NCBI GenBank assembly: GCA_028293285.1
Contig: JAQGPC010000268.1
Location: 4,024-68,023 of the forward strand
Direction: 5' to 3'
Length of the DNA stretch: 64,000 nucleotides
From: Pedosphaera sp.
GTDB taxonomy: Bacteria; Verrucomicrobiota; Verrucomicrobiia; Limisphaerales; Pedosphaeraceae
Shown: positions 26,453 to 34,121 of the stretch, in pieces
Layout of the letters: the number at the start of each line of letters is the position of its first letter
How positions within the stretch are numbered: position 1 is the stretch's first letter
Notes under the pieces: generated by a model
What the model was told of the DNA's origin: nothing
What the model saw: the letters and a program-made list of their open reading frames with translations, nothing else
Databases searched by the model: none
Translations under genes and position numbers: made by a program

Positions 26453-27442
26453 TCACCGCGCCTGATCAGCCGGTTGGTCCGCTGCCAAGCCCGTGACTCC
26501 CGGTTCCTTGACCACCGTCCAGCGGTTGTCCGGGTTATACTCCTTTATCGCAGCGGCGGTTTTTGCCGTGCTTTCACCCAGGCTCCGTTGATAAACAATT
26601 CCGTCCTGGTTCACCATGAACGTCATGATTCCCGACTCGCCCCAGCGGACGGGATAGGCGACGAGAGCAAAGCCGCCGGTCATTTCGCCATGCGAGACGT
26701 AATTCTTTTTGCCGCCCGGTGCAGCAGGTCCCTGCCGTGTCAGAATTTTGAAATAATAACCGTGAAAGGGACGCGGACCTTCACCGCCGATCCAGTGATA
26801 TCCTTCCACAGCGGCTTCCGCCACCAGGGGCGAGAAAGGACTGGGTTCGCCGCCTGTCTCCGCCGGCCAATACAAACCATCCATCTTTCCGGGACTGCTC
26901 TTGAATTTCTGAGCGTATTTTGGCGCCTTAGTGGTGCTGGCAAACTGCTGGGCGTAGGCGCGCTGCGCTTTCACATAAGCGCGGCAAACTCCAATCGCAT
27001 AAGCTTCGTCCCGGCCGACGTGCCGGTTGATGATCTCCTCCTCACCGGCAATGGTGTCAAACATCCACGCCCCGTTGGTCTTGATCAGCGGAATCGGAAA
27101 GGGCCATGGGTCCCGGCCGATTTCCAGCGTCACCCGGTCACTCCCCTGCGACAGGACGTCACACCGCTCCGACACATCACTGGCGAAAGTTTGAAAATGC
27201 CTGTCATCCAACACCTGATCGCCGGTCAATAGATTGGTGACTTCGGGGCCGAAGATCTGGTGAACTGCCTGCCGGTCATGCGCTTTGGCCGCTTTAACCA
27301 GCGCATTTGTAGCCTCCGCCGGTGAGGTAAAGGTGCGCTGGGTTACGGCCGGCTGGTCCTGGCCCCGAACCTGCCCAAGCCACGCCAGACACATAAGCCC
27401 TAACGCCACGGCCAGTAAAAACCTAAAAATTCTCGTGTTCAT
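26453..27442 (-). CDS. DUF2950 family secreted protein
   Basis: Signal peptide, then 'TFTSPAEATNALVKAAKAHDRQAV..IFGP', 'YAQKFKSSPGKMDGLYWP' and 'GGFALVAYPVRWGESGIMTFMVNQDGIVY', all typical of DUF2950. Confidence 0.8.
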   Translation of the reverse strand: MNTRIFRFLLAVALGLMCLAWLGQVRGQDQPAVTQRTFTSPAEATNALVKAAKAHDRQAVHQIFGPEVTNLLTGDQVLDDRHFQTFASDVSERCDVLSQGSDRVTLEIGRDPWPFPIPLIKTNGAWMFDTIAGEEEIINRHVGRDEAYAIGVCRAYVKAQRAYAQQFASTTKAPKYAQKFKSSPGKMDGLYWPAETGGEPSPFSPLVAEAAVEGYHWIGGEGPRPFHGYYFKILTRQGPAAPGGKKNYVSHGEMTGGFALVAYPVRWGESGIMTFMVNQDGIVYQRSLGESTAKTAAAIKEYNPDNRWTVVKEPGVTGLAADQPADQAR

Positions 27443-27463
27443 AAGATTTCAGTGGTCTGCCCG

Positions 27464-27814
27464 TCATCTTCCATGGCCGCCGCCGCCTCCGTGACCACCG
27501 CCCCCGCCGTGGCCACCGCCTCCACCATGACCAATTCCTCCCGCTCCTCCGTGAAATCCCCCATGAAACCCGCCTACAGCACCCCGACTTGCAAACCCTC
27601 GCCGCCCAAAATCATGGTCGAACCGACCGTGATCGTGATGCCCGAATACAAAAACATCCGGTCCATAGAGACCACCGTAGTAGTTTGGGCCATAATAATC
27701 GTAATAACCAGGCCCGGCGTACCCGACATACCCCTCACTTGCGCAACCTGCCACCATCCCCAGGAGCACCAAGCCTATTCCCAGCCTCGCGGTGCACCCT
27801 GAAAGGCGTCGCAT
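27464..27814 (-). CDS. Gly/His/Tyr-rich putative lipoprotein
   Basis: The signal/lipobox 'LVLLGMVAGC' runs from the ATG at 27814. A Tyr/Gly-rich middle is followed by the tail 'GGFHGGFHGGAGGIGHGGGGGHGGGGGHGGGGGHGR'. It is co-directional with DUF2950, 21 nt upstream of it. Confidence 0.55.
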   Translation of the reverse strand: MRRLSGCTARLGIGLVLLGMVAGCASEGYVGYAGPGYYDYYGPNYYGGLYGPDVFVFGHHDHGRFDHDFGRRGFASRGAVGGFHGGFHGGAGGIGHGGGGGHGGGGGHGGGGGHGR

Positions 27815-28111
27815 AAATGAGCGTGGTCGGCCCGAAGATCGGCCGTTTCTGGCGACTCTTATATTCCGATAGGTGAACATGCGATTTGGTTCCTTCCATT
27901 CAACGCCGCTACGGGCATATTATGGGATGGCTGCTAATCTCTTGCTTCGCTGCATCCCCTACCTCCACTCCTCCTTCCGATTCCACCTTCAAACCCTTGC
28001 ACACATCCATTCCATTGGCAACCTGGGGGGATCGCCCACCCTCTCCGCAGCGGGCCACAATTTGCGACCACGTTTCGCGAAGCGAACGGCCTTGTTCGGG
28101 ACACTGATTCG

Positions 28112-28216
28112 CAAAGGGGTCGGTACTAAGTAATGACACAATGGCGAACCAACCGACAGGTAGAGAGCTGCATGAAGAAAAGCATGAAAGTGTCATTACT
28201 CAGGACCGACCTCTTA
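28112..28216. mobile_element. REPIN/MITE-like doublet C (~105 bp)
   Basis: 'caaaggggtcggtactaagtaatgacac...gtgtcattactcaggaccgacctctta'. The core 'aatggcgaaccaaccgacagg...' is as in copy A. Confidence 0.8.
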
Positions 28217-28305
28217 CAAGCTTGAACATTCAAAGGATTTGCAAGAAATTGATGAGGAGCATTATTATAAACTGTATAATCCCAAAGTTCCATCTAGCTA
28301 AATAG

Positions 28306-28782
28306 ATGAAAAATATAAAGATTTTAGACGCGTCTGATCCGGCAAGTGAGAAAGACATCGGCGTCCTCGAGACGGCTCTTGGGCGAAAAATTCCGGGCTC
28401 CCTGAGAATGTTGCTGCTCAGGAGCGATGGAGGAATTCTGGATGCCGAAAACTGTGTAACCTTCGCAAAACTTCCATCTGGTGAAGAGATGAGACTCGAA
28501 GTACAACGATTTTACAGTGTAGCAATGATCTTGGAAGCCTTGAGGGATTATGAAGGCCGGGTGCCTAGTAATCTCCTCCCAATCGCAAACAATTTATCTG
28601 GTGATCTCTTTTGTCTCAGTCTGGATGAGCGCAACCCGCGAATTTATTTTTGGGATCATGAAGACGAAGAGGAAGCTTATATCATGCTTGATAAGATTCC
28701 CGCTCCTGGACACGCAAACCTATATCCGGTGGCACCAAACTTGGAAACTTTCGTGGATACGTTGGCTCTGGATGATTCTTAG
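28306..28782 (+). CDS. SMI1/KNR4 (SUKH-1) family protein
   Basis: 158-aa ORF. 'IGVLETALGRKIPGSLRMLLLRSDGG' and 'IANNLSGDLFCLSLDERNPRIYFWDHEDE' are typical SUKH-1 immunity-type signatures. Confidence 0.8.
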   Translation: MKNIKILDASDPASEKDIGVLETALGRKIPGSLRMLLLRSDGGILDAENCVTFAKLPSGEEMRLEVQRFYSVAMILEALRDYEGRVPSNLLPIANNLSGDLFCLSLDERNPRIYFWDHEDEEEAYIMLDKIPAPGHANLYPVAPNLETFVDTLALDDS

Positions 28783-28817
28783 ATGTCTTATGCAGAAAGG
28801 ACTCCTAATCAGAGTGC

Positions 28818-28929
28818 CTGTAAAGGGGTCGGTCCTGAGTATTGACACTTTCATGCTTTTCTTCGTGCAACTCTCTACCTGTCGGTTGGTTCGCCATTGT
28901 GTCATTACTCAGGACCGACCCCTTTTACT
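28818..28929. mobile_element. REPIN/MITE-like doublet D (~112 bp, core inverted relative to A and C)
   Basis: 'ctgtaaaggggtcggtcctgagtattgacac...gtgtcattactcaggaccgaccccttttac'. The core is the reverse complement of the core in copy C. Confidence 0.8.
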
Positions 28930-28930
28930 G

Positions 28931-29410
28931 GACGCGAGCATCAAGCAATTGGAACAGGCCGTCTTGCGTGTGGCGCGGGAGTTGCCCTGCTATCCCAAAC
29001 TCAAGACCCTGCCGGGTGTGGGGATCATCCTGGGCCTGACCATCACCATGGAGATGGGAGACATCAAACGCTTTGCCGGTCCCGGCCACTTTGCCAGTTA
29101 CTGCCGCACGGTGGCCGCTCACTGCACCTCCAACGGGAAGCTCAAAGGGGAAAACAATCGCAAATGTGGCAATAAATATCTGGCCTGGGCCTTTGTGGAA
29201 GCGGCCAACTTCGCCAAGCGGTATGATGAAGCGTGCCGCAAGTGGTATGACCGCAAAGCCGCCCGGACCAGCAACGTCATCGCGACCAAAGCGCTGGCCT
29301 GCAAACTGGCCAAGGCCGCATGGTATCTGGCCGCCGAGGAAACGAACTACGACAGCAGCCGGATCTTTCCGTCCCTGGCCAGCGCCAAAACCAAACCCAT
29401 GAAAGCATAA
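28931..29410 (+). pseudogene. IS110-family transposase, 5'-truncated (C-terminal Transposase_20 part only)
   Basis: 'LKTLPGVGIILGLTITMEMGDIKRFAGPGHFASYCRTVAAHCTSNGK...NKYLAWAFVEAANFA' is the IS110 C-terminal domain. The DEDD N-terminal domain is absent, and the homology starts exactly at the end of REPIN D. Confidence 0.8.
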
Positions 29411-29569
29411 ATTTAGAAGTGCGGACATCAGCCAGAGAAAGGGGTTGGCCTTGAGCCCTCGGGACTGATTGGAGATGTCCGCGCTTCGCTGGATCAGGGC
29501 AGGAGACTCTCAGAGAGAAAGGTTTGCCGGAGATTCGACCGGACCGTGAGTCAAAAACGGGTTGGACGC

Positions 29570-29587
29570 AGAGAGAGAGAGAGAGAG
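29570..29587. repeat. (AG)9 dinucleotide microsatellite
   Basis: Direct reading: 'agagagagagagagagag'. Confidence 0.9.
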
Positions 29588-29946
29588 TCTGCGAACCATA
29601 TTATGTTAAACTGAATGAACACGGAACGGAACTGAACGTTTTCTGGACTCGCCAAAGCGAGTTGGGTGCGGTCGGCAAAGCAAAGACCAAACACGGGGAA
29701 GCTTTTGAGAGAAAAGAAAAAGACTTCCCGAAGCAGGCACTAGAACCAGATGGGTGACTGAACGGATCGCCGTGCGCGGCGAATCCGCAATCAATAGACG
29801 AAATGACGGGTTCGAATCGTGCGGGGCAGAGTGAACTCTCGGACAGTAATGAATTAACCCAGGAAATGAAACAGCCTTTGGGAACGCTAACTCTTTTGCC
29901 GGTTGACATCCGTCCTAATGGGCGACCCCTTTACAGCTTAGTCCCC

Positions 29947-30681
29947 TCACTGACTCAATCTGAAAAATTGCTGTCCGCCTGAAATGGGATTTGTGACCGT
30001 GTATTGCCCGTTGACGGTGACTGGTTTTGCAGAAACCGGAGTCCAAACGGCAGTTGATCCAAGAGTGGTGGTAGACTGCAAGACCATGTTTGGTGCATTG
30101 GTCGGCCAACTCAAAACAACAGAACTCGGTGGTGATGCGATGAGGGTTAATTTTGGCGGTAACCTCACAACTAAATTGTCCATCACGAATTCATTAGCTG
30201 CGTACTGACCGTAGCTTAGGAATTCAACGGAGTCCACGCCCAAGAAATTAAACTCAATGAATGCAGGGCCTGTGTTCTGCAATCCGTAGCTCAAGTCGTA
30301 CAATTGATTTGTCCCCGCGAATCCTCGTGCTTCAAATAATACTCCGTTTTCGAATGCCGCAGTCAGGCACGCTGAAATTAAGTCGAACTTGACCCCGCTG
30401 CTAAGCGTAGCAGGATAGCCATAACCATTAAAAACCGCGTTGGAAGAGGAGACTATCCCAGCCGTATAGCCGGGATTTTCAGCATGCGCCAAATCATAAA
30501 AATAAAAGTTTCCCCATTGCAGCCCCATGTAATTACCGGGCAGTGGATTGGTCCAATCCGGAGCAGGTAAGTCGTCGAAGCCGATCGTTATCACGCCCTG
30601 CCCGATAGCGCTTCCGCCTCCTAGCCACACGCAGGCCAAGATCAGTAAACAATTTAGAATTTGGCTGAGTGCCATTTGCAT
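29947..30681 (-). CDS. secreted hypothetical protein with C-terminal beta-sandwich-like tail
   Basis: Signal peptide 'ILNCLLILACVWLGGGSAIGQG'. The C-terminal end '...VWTPVSAKPVTVNGQYTVTNPISGGQQFFRLSQ' has the same tail type as the 22243 gene. Confidence 0.6.
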   Translation of the reverse strand: MQMALSQILNCLLILACVWLGGGSAIGQGVITIGFDDLPAPDWTNPLPGNYMGLQWGNFYFYDLAHAENPGYTAGIVSSSNAVFNGYGYPATLSSGVKFDLISACLTAAFENGVLFEARGFAGTNQLYDLSYGLQNTGPAFIEFNFLGVDSVEFLSYGQYAANEFVMDNLVVRLPPKLTLIASPPSSVVLSWPTNAPNMVLQSTTTLGSTAVWTPVSAKPVTVNGQYTVTNPISGGQQFFRLSQ

Positions 30682-30764
30682 ATAGGCAAGCAGAACTGTA
30701 AGTCCGAATCAAGTTCTCAACGAACCGGTTGAGAAAAATCGGAGAGACTTATTCACCGAAGATG

Positions 30765-31055
30765 AAAAGGCGTCGGGCTAAAGTAATAACACTTATCTGA
30801 GATCATTTTTTGGTTTTCATCGAGCCCAGTGAAGGCGGTCGTTCAAGTAGGCCCAGGTGCCCATGTGGCCTATCTTGAAAAACGCTTTAAATGCATTGGG
30901 TGTAAATGCGGCGCAGCGTCCAGCTTCACTGCGATCTCGCGAAGATCCATTGACTGAACCGGATTGAGGTCAGGAAGGGGGAACAAAGGATATAATATTT
31001 TTCCGCCAGCGTTTGAAATTTGTAATTGTGTAAATACTAGGACCGATGCCTTTAT
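30765..31055 (-). mobile_element. internally deleted REP/RAYT element (291 bp) retaining only a RAYT C-terminal relic
   Basis: The ends are 'aaaaggcgtcgggctaaagtaataacac' (30765-30792) and 'gtgtaaatactaggaccgatgcctttat' (31028-31055), which match the two REP end types. In between, the minus strand encodes 'IGHMGTWAYLNDRLHWAR*' (stop at 30817). This resembles 'RLHMGAWTHVTNRLYWAKR' of the intact transposase, with a frameshift upstream. Confidence 0.55.
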
Positions 31056-31091
31056 GGTAAGTCTCCGCTTCACGCTTGACGCAACCTGAGC

Positions 31092-31128
31092 TTGACATGT
31101 TCCCAGTGTAAGCATACGTTAGCTTACA
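31092..31128 (+). promoter_or_regulatory. putative promoter plus palindromic operator of the island operon
   Basis: 'TTGACA' (31092-31097), a 17-nt spacer, then 'TACGTT' (31115-31120). A perfect 7-bp inverted repeat, 'TGTAAGC' (31107-31113) against 'GCTTACA' (31122-31128), overlaps the -10 region and the ATG at 31128. Confidence 0.35.
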
Positions 31129-31493
31129 TGCAAAATGATTTAGCCGCCACGATGGGACAGCGACTTCGGGAACTGCGCGAACGCGCCGGACTGTCGCTCC
31201 GCGAGGTCGCGAAAGCCGCTAAGATTTCGGCACCTTTCCTCTCCGACGTGGAGCTGGGCCGCCGCTTTCCAGCCAATGAAACTCTAGCCCTAATCACGCA
31301 GAAAATAGGCGCCTCTGCCGATGACGTAAAGAAGCATGACCACCGATCTAGCTTGGTCGACCTCAAACGTCTCGCCGAAGGCAACCCCAGCCTCGCCGCT
31401 GCCGTGCGTGTGCTCGTCGATCAGGTTCAGTCCGGCAACCTGACCTCCGACGAACTCGCAGCGAAGCTTCGTCGTGCCAGCAAAACCAAATGA
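31128..31493 (+). CDS. XRE/cI-type helix-turn-helix transcriptional regulator
   Basis: 'LRELRERAGLSLREVAKAAKISAPFLSDVELGRRFP' is a classic HTH_3 motif. The start is either the ATG at 31128 or the one at 31152; the longest ORF (TTG at 31092) coincides with the -35 box. Confidence 0.85.
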   Translation: MQNDLAATMGQRLRELRERAGLSLREVAKAAKISAPFLSDVELGRRFPANETLALITQKIGASADDVKKHDHRSSLVDLKRLAEGNPSLAAAVRVLVDQVQSGNLTSDELAAKLRRASKTK

Positions 31494-31523
31494 CCGGTTT
31501 CGCCGAAACCCTTCTCTTCAACT

Positions 31524-32183
31524 ATGAGCAAACCCGGTAAAAGGAAAGGTTCCTTACAAGAGATCAATCAAGGCGAGCTCACGCACGTCAGCAAGGGGAA
31601 GGCTCCCTACAAGATCATCCACGGCTGGGACTTAACGTCCTCCCTCGAGTGCGATACCCTCTGGAAACAGGGCTGGCTCGCACTCCTCCAGCAGATCCAG
31701 CAGGCGGAGCCCGACGAGACGAAGCAGGACAAAATCTTCGCCTCGATCTCGACCGAGGACATTCGCTGGGAGTGGTTCAAGAAGGCGCTCGCTTTCAGCA
31801 GCGACGAATACGAATGGTTCCACCTCTACGCGGACGGCAAGCCGCAGGCTGCTTGCCTGATCTACCACCCGGAAGCGAGCGCCCTGGAGCCCGGCGACAT
31901 CTTCTACGTCAAGTTCGTCGCGGTGGCGCCTTGGAACCGCATCTGCGACTTCCGCCCCCGCGAGTTCCGCGGGCTGGGCGAGATCATCCTCCGCGCCGCG
32001 CAGCGTTTCGCCGTAAAGGAGCTCAAGCTCCGTCCGGGTTTTTGCCTGCATTCGCTCCCGAAAGCGGAGGGATTCTACACGAAACTCAAGATGGTGAAGG
32101 TGGACGGCAAGGAGGACGCGGAGTCGCTCGCCTATTTCGAGCTCCCGCAGGCACTCGCTACCAAACTGATGGAGGCCAACTGA
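31524..32183 (+). CDS. GNAT-like (acetyltransferase-fold) protein with uncharacterised N-terminal ~100 aa
   Basis: 'IFYVKFVAVAPWNR...EFRGLGEIILRAAQRFAVKE' looks like the beta4-alpha3 segment with an xxxGxG pyrophosphate loop. 'FCLHSLPKAEGFYTKLKMVKV' looks like beta5-alpha4-beta6 ('A..FY.K.G'). Confidence 0.55.
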   Translation: MSKPGKRKGSLQEINQGELTHVSKGKAPYKIIHGWDLTSSLECDTLWKQGWLALLQQIQQAEPDETKQDKIFASISTEDIRWEWFKKALAFSSDEYEWFHLYADGKPQAACLIYHPEASALEPGDIFYVKFVAVAPWNRICDFRPREFRGLGEIILRAAQRFAVKELKLRPGFCLHSLPKAEGFYTKLKMVKVDGKEDAESLAYFELPQALATKLMEAN

Positions 32184-32184
32184 T

Positions 32185-33063
32185 ATGAGCACCTACGATG
32201 AAGGCTGGTCGGATTTCATGCACACGACGCGGACGTCCGAGATAAGCGCGCAAGAGCTGTTCGAGCGCTACCGCGAATTCCAGGGCTTCATAGCCGGGCT
32301 TTCCCGCAAAGATCTGGTCACCCGCCACTGGCTGAAGACCGTAGACGACGACTCGCCACTGGCGACCGTCTTCTTCGATCTCCCGCTCTCGAAACAGCCC
32401 ACGCTCTTTCGTAAATCCGCCAACGCCGACGAAAACCTCTTGGCGATTTGGCAGGCCCGGGCCCGAACCGAAGCGGAATATCGCTGCCTCGCCGAGGATT
32501 ACCCTGCCTTCATGGGCCTGACGAAGGAGAACTTGCGGGAACTCGCGCTCTTGAGCGTTGACCCGCAGGCCGTGCGGCAACTGCCCTCAATCCTCGCCGA
32601 GTTTGGCATCATCCTAGTTTACGTCTACGCGCTACCCGGTATGAGTGCCGACGGTGCGGTGTTCCACCTGAGTACGGGTCACCCCGTCATCGCGATGAGC
32701 CTGCGCTTCCCGCGCCTCGATTACTTCTGGTTCACGCTTCTCCACGAACTCGCGCACCTAGTCCTGCACGCCGACCGACTCAAGGAACCCGTGTTCTTTG
32801 ACGTGGAGATCAGCGAAGAGATGGATCGGGCTGAGAGAGCCGCCAATCGGCTCGCCAAGGACACCATGGTCGATCGCGAGTCTTGGCGCAGCTGCGCGCC
32901 AAAATACGATACCAGCGACCGGGCAGTGCATGCCTATGCCGCCGAACAGGGCGTCCACCCGAGCTTGATCGCCGGACTCCTCAGGAAGGAATCCGGCAAC
33001 TACGCGCGTTATAGCAAAATCATCAATGAGCACGACGTTCGCAAAATCATTTTCCAACCATGA
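32185..33063 (+). CDS. ImmA/IrrE-family (M78) zinc metallopeptidase
   Basis: 'DYFWFTLLHELAHLVLH' carries HEXXH at 32743-32757, and the downstream 'ERAANRLAKDTMV' is typical of COG2856/DUF955. The gene starts 1 nt after the previous stop, with GGAGG 10 nt upstream. Confidence 0.85.
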   Translation: MSTYDEGWSDFMHTTRTSEISAQELFERYREFQGFIAGLSRKDLVTRHWLKTVDDDSPLATVFFDLPLSKQPTLFRKSANADENLLAIWQARARTEAEYRCLAEDYPAFMGLTKENLRELALLSVDPQAVRQLPSILAEFGIILVYVYALPGMSADGAVFHLSTGHPVIAMSLRFPRLDYFWFTLLHELAHLVLHADRLKEPVFFDVEISEEMDRAERAANRLAKDTMVDRESWRSCAPKYDTSDRAVHAYAAEQGVHPSLIAGLLRKESGNYARYSKIINEHDVRKIIFQP

Positions 33064-34121
33064 TCCGCTACATTCCATTCCTCAAAGCGAAGCGCGGCGA
33101 ATTCACCGCGATGGGCGCGCTCGTTCCCAAGGTGAAGCAGGCCATCTGCCCGTTCTTCGACTTTCCGCGCAGGAAGCCAGACTACAAGGCGGATGCCTAC
33201 GCCGCGAAGGCGCACAGCATCGCCACGAGCCTGAAGAAGCACTGGGGCACCGACGCGGAATTCTATTTCGATGACCTCGACATCGGCCAAAAGCTTACCG
33301 TGAAGGGCGAGCATCAATACGTCTACATGCTCAAGACCCTCAAAGGGCTGCAGGTCATCCCCGTCGTGGCCCTCGACCGCATAAAACACAACGACGCGGT
33401 CACTCAACTCAAGCGCGACGGCGGAATCGCCTCCGCCACAGTGGCCTTCCGCGCCGAACAAGGGGACTTCGAAGACTTCGAGGCCAAACAGGACCAGATC
33501 GACTACGATCTAGCGACCGTCTTCAAAGAGTTCGAGGGCATCGATCTGATCTTCGACTGTCGCGTCTGTAGCGGCTTGGACGTTTCCCTGACCGCCCAGC
33601 AAATCGCCGCCTTTGCTCGGAAATTCTGCAAGTCTTACGATGTCCGTCGCGTCATCATCACCGGTTCTTCCATTCCTGGTTCCCTCCGTGATCTCGTTAA
33701 ACCGAACAGCACCGAAACCGTCACGAGGCGTGAGCTCGCTATCATCTCCAAAGCGCGTGACCTGGCCGACGCGGACGTGGTGGCGGGCGACTACGCGACT
33801 GTGAGCCCGTTCTACTCCGATGCCGATTTCGACCCGAAGCTTTTCCAAAAATTGACGGCCCCGCGGCTGATTTACTCCTTCAACCACTCTCACTACGTCG
33901 CCCGAGGAATTTCGTTGGAATCAGGCGGCCAAACGCAGTATGTCGGCCTAACTAAAGCACTCTGCGGGCAGGTTTATTTTCGCGGCCGCGGATATTCCGC
34001 GGGCGAGGATTATTTCGATGATAAACGAAGGCGCATTGGTAAGAACGCCACCAATGGCACCGTGGTAACGCCGTCCGTCGTCGCCCACATCACCTACATG
34101 GTGCTCGGCGCAAAGCTTTGA
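33060..34121 (+). CDS. Beta-protein family (PF14350-like; sce7725-like) protein
   Basis: The N-terminus 'MIRYIPFLKAKRGEFTAM' matches the Y-[IV]-P-x-L-K-x-K-x-G-E signature I recall for the Beta_protein family, and the 353-aa length fits. There is an ATGA start/stop overlap with the peptidase gene. Confidence 0.65.
   Translation: MIRYIPFLKAKRGEFTAMGALVPKVKQAICPFFDFPRRKPDYKADAYAAKAHSIATSLKKHWGTDAEFYFDDLDIGQKLTVKGEHQYVYMLKTLKGLQVIPVVALDRIKHNDAVTQLKRDGGIASATVAFRAEQGDFEDFEAKQDQIDYDLATVFKEFEGIDLIFDCRVCSGLDVSLTAQQIAAFARKFCKSYDVRRVIITGSSIPGSLRDLVKPNSTETVTRRELAIISKARDLADADVVAGDYATVSPFYSDADFDPKLFQKLTAPRLIYSFNHSHYVARGISLESGGQTQYVGLTKALCGQVYFRGRGYSAGEDYFDDKRRRIGKNATNGTVVTPSVVAHITYMVLGAKL

Noticed and set aside
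27464-27545. A short-period repeat region considered as a possible CRISPR-like or minisatellite array.
   Set aside because: The units are 15 nt, contiguous and in frame, and they encode a Gly/His tail. There are no spacers and no cas genes.
29808-29818. A 'GGGTTCGAATC' T-loop-like motif that could indicate a tRNA or tmRNA gene, or an att-site fragment.
   Set aside because: The flanking sequence does not form a T-stem (5'-ACGGG versus 3'-CGTGC does not pair). I could not fold an acceptor or anticodon arm. At most it is an undiagnosable fragment.
31632-32192. A 186-aa minus-strand ORF and a 179-aa plus-strand alternative-frame ORF inside the GNAT-like gene.
   Set aside because: The island is GC-rich, so stop codons are rare in wrong frames. 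Both translations are Arg/Gly/Pro/Ala-rich and motif-free, whereas the annotated frame has a GNAT-like core and tight coupling to its neighbours.
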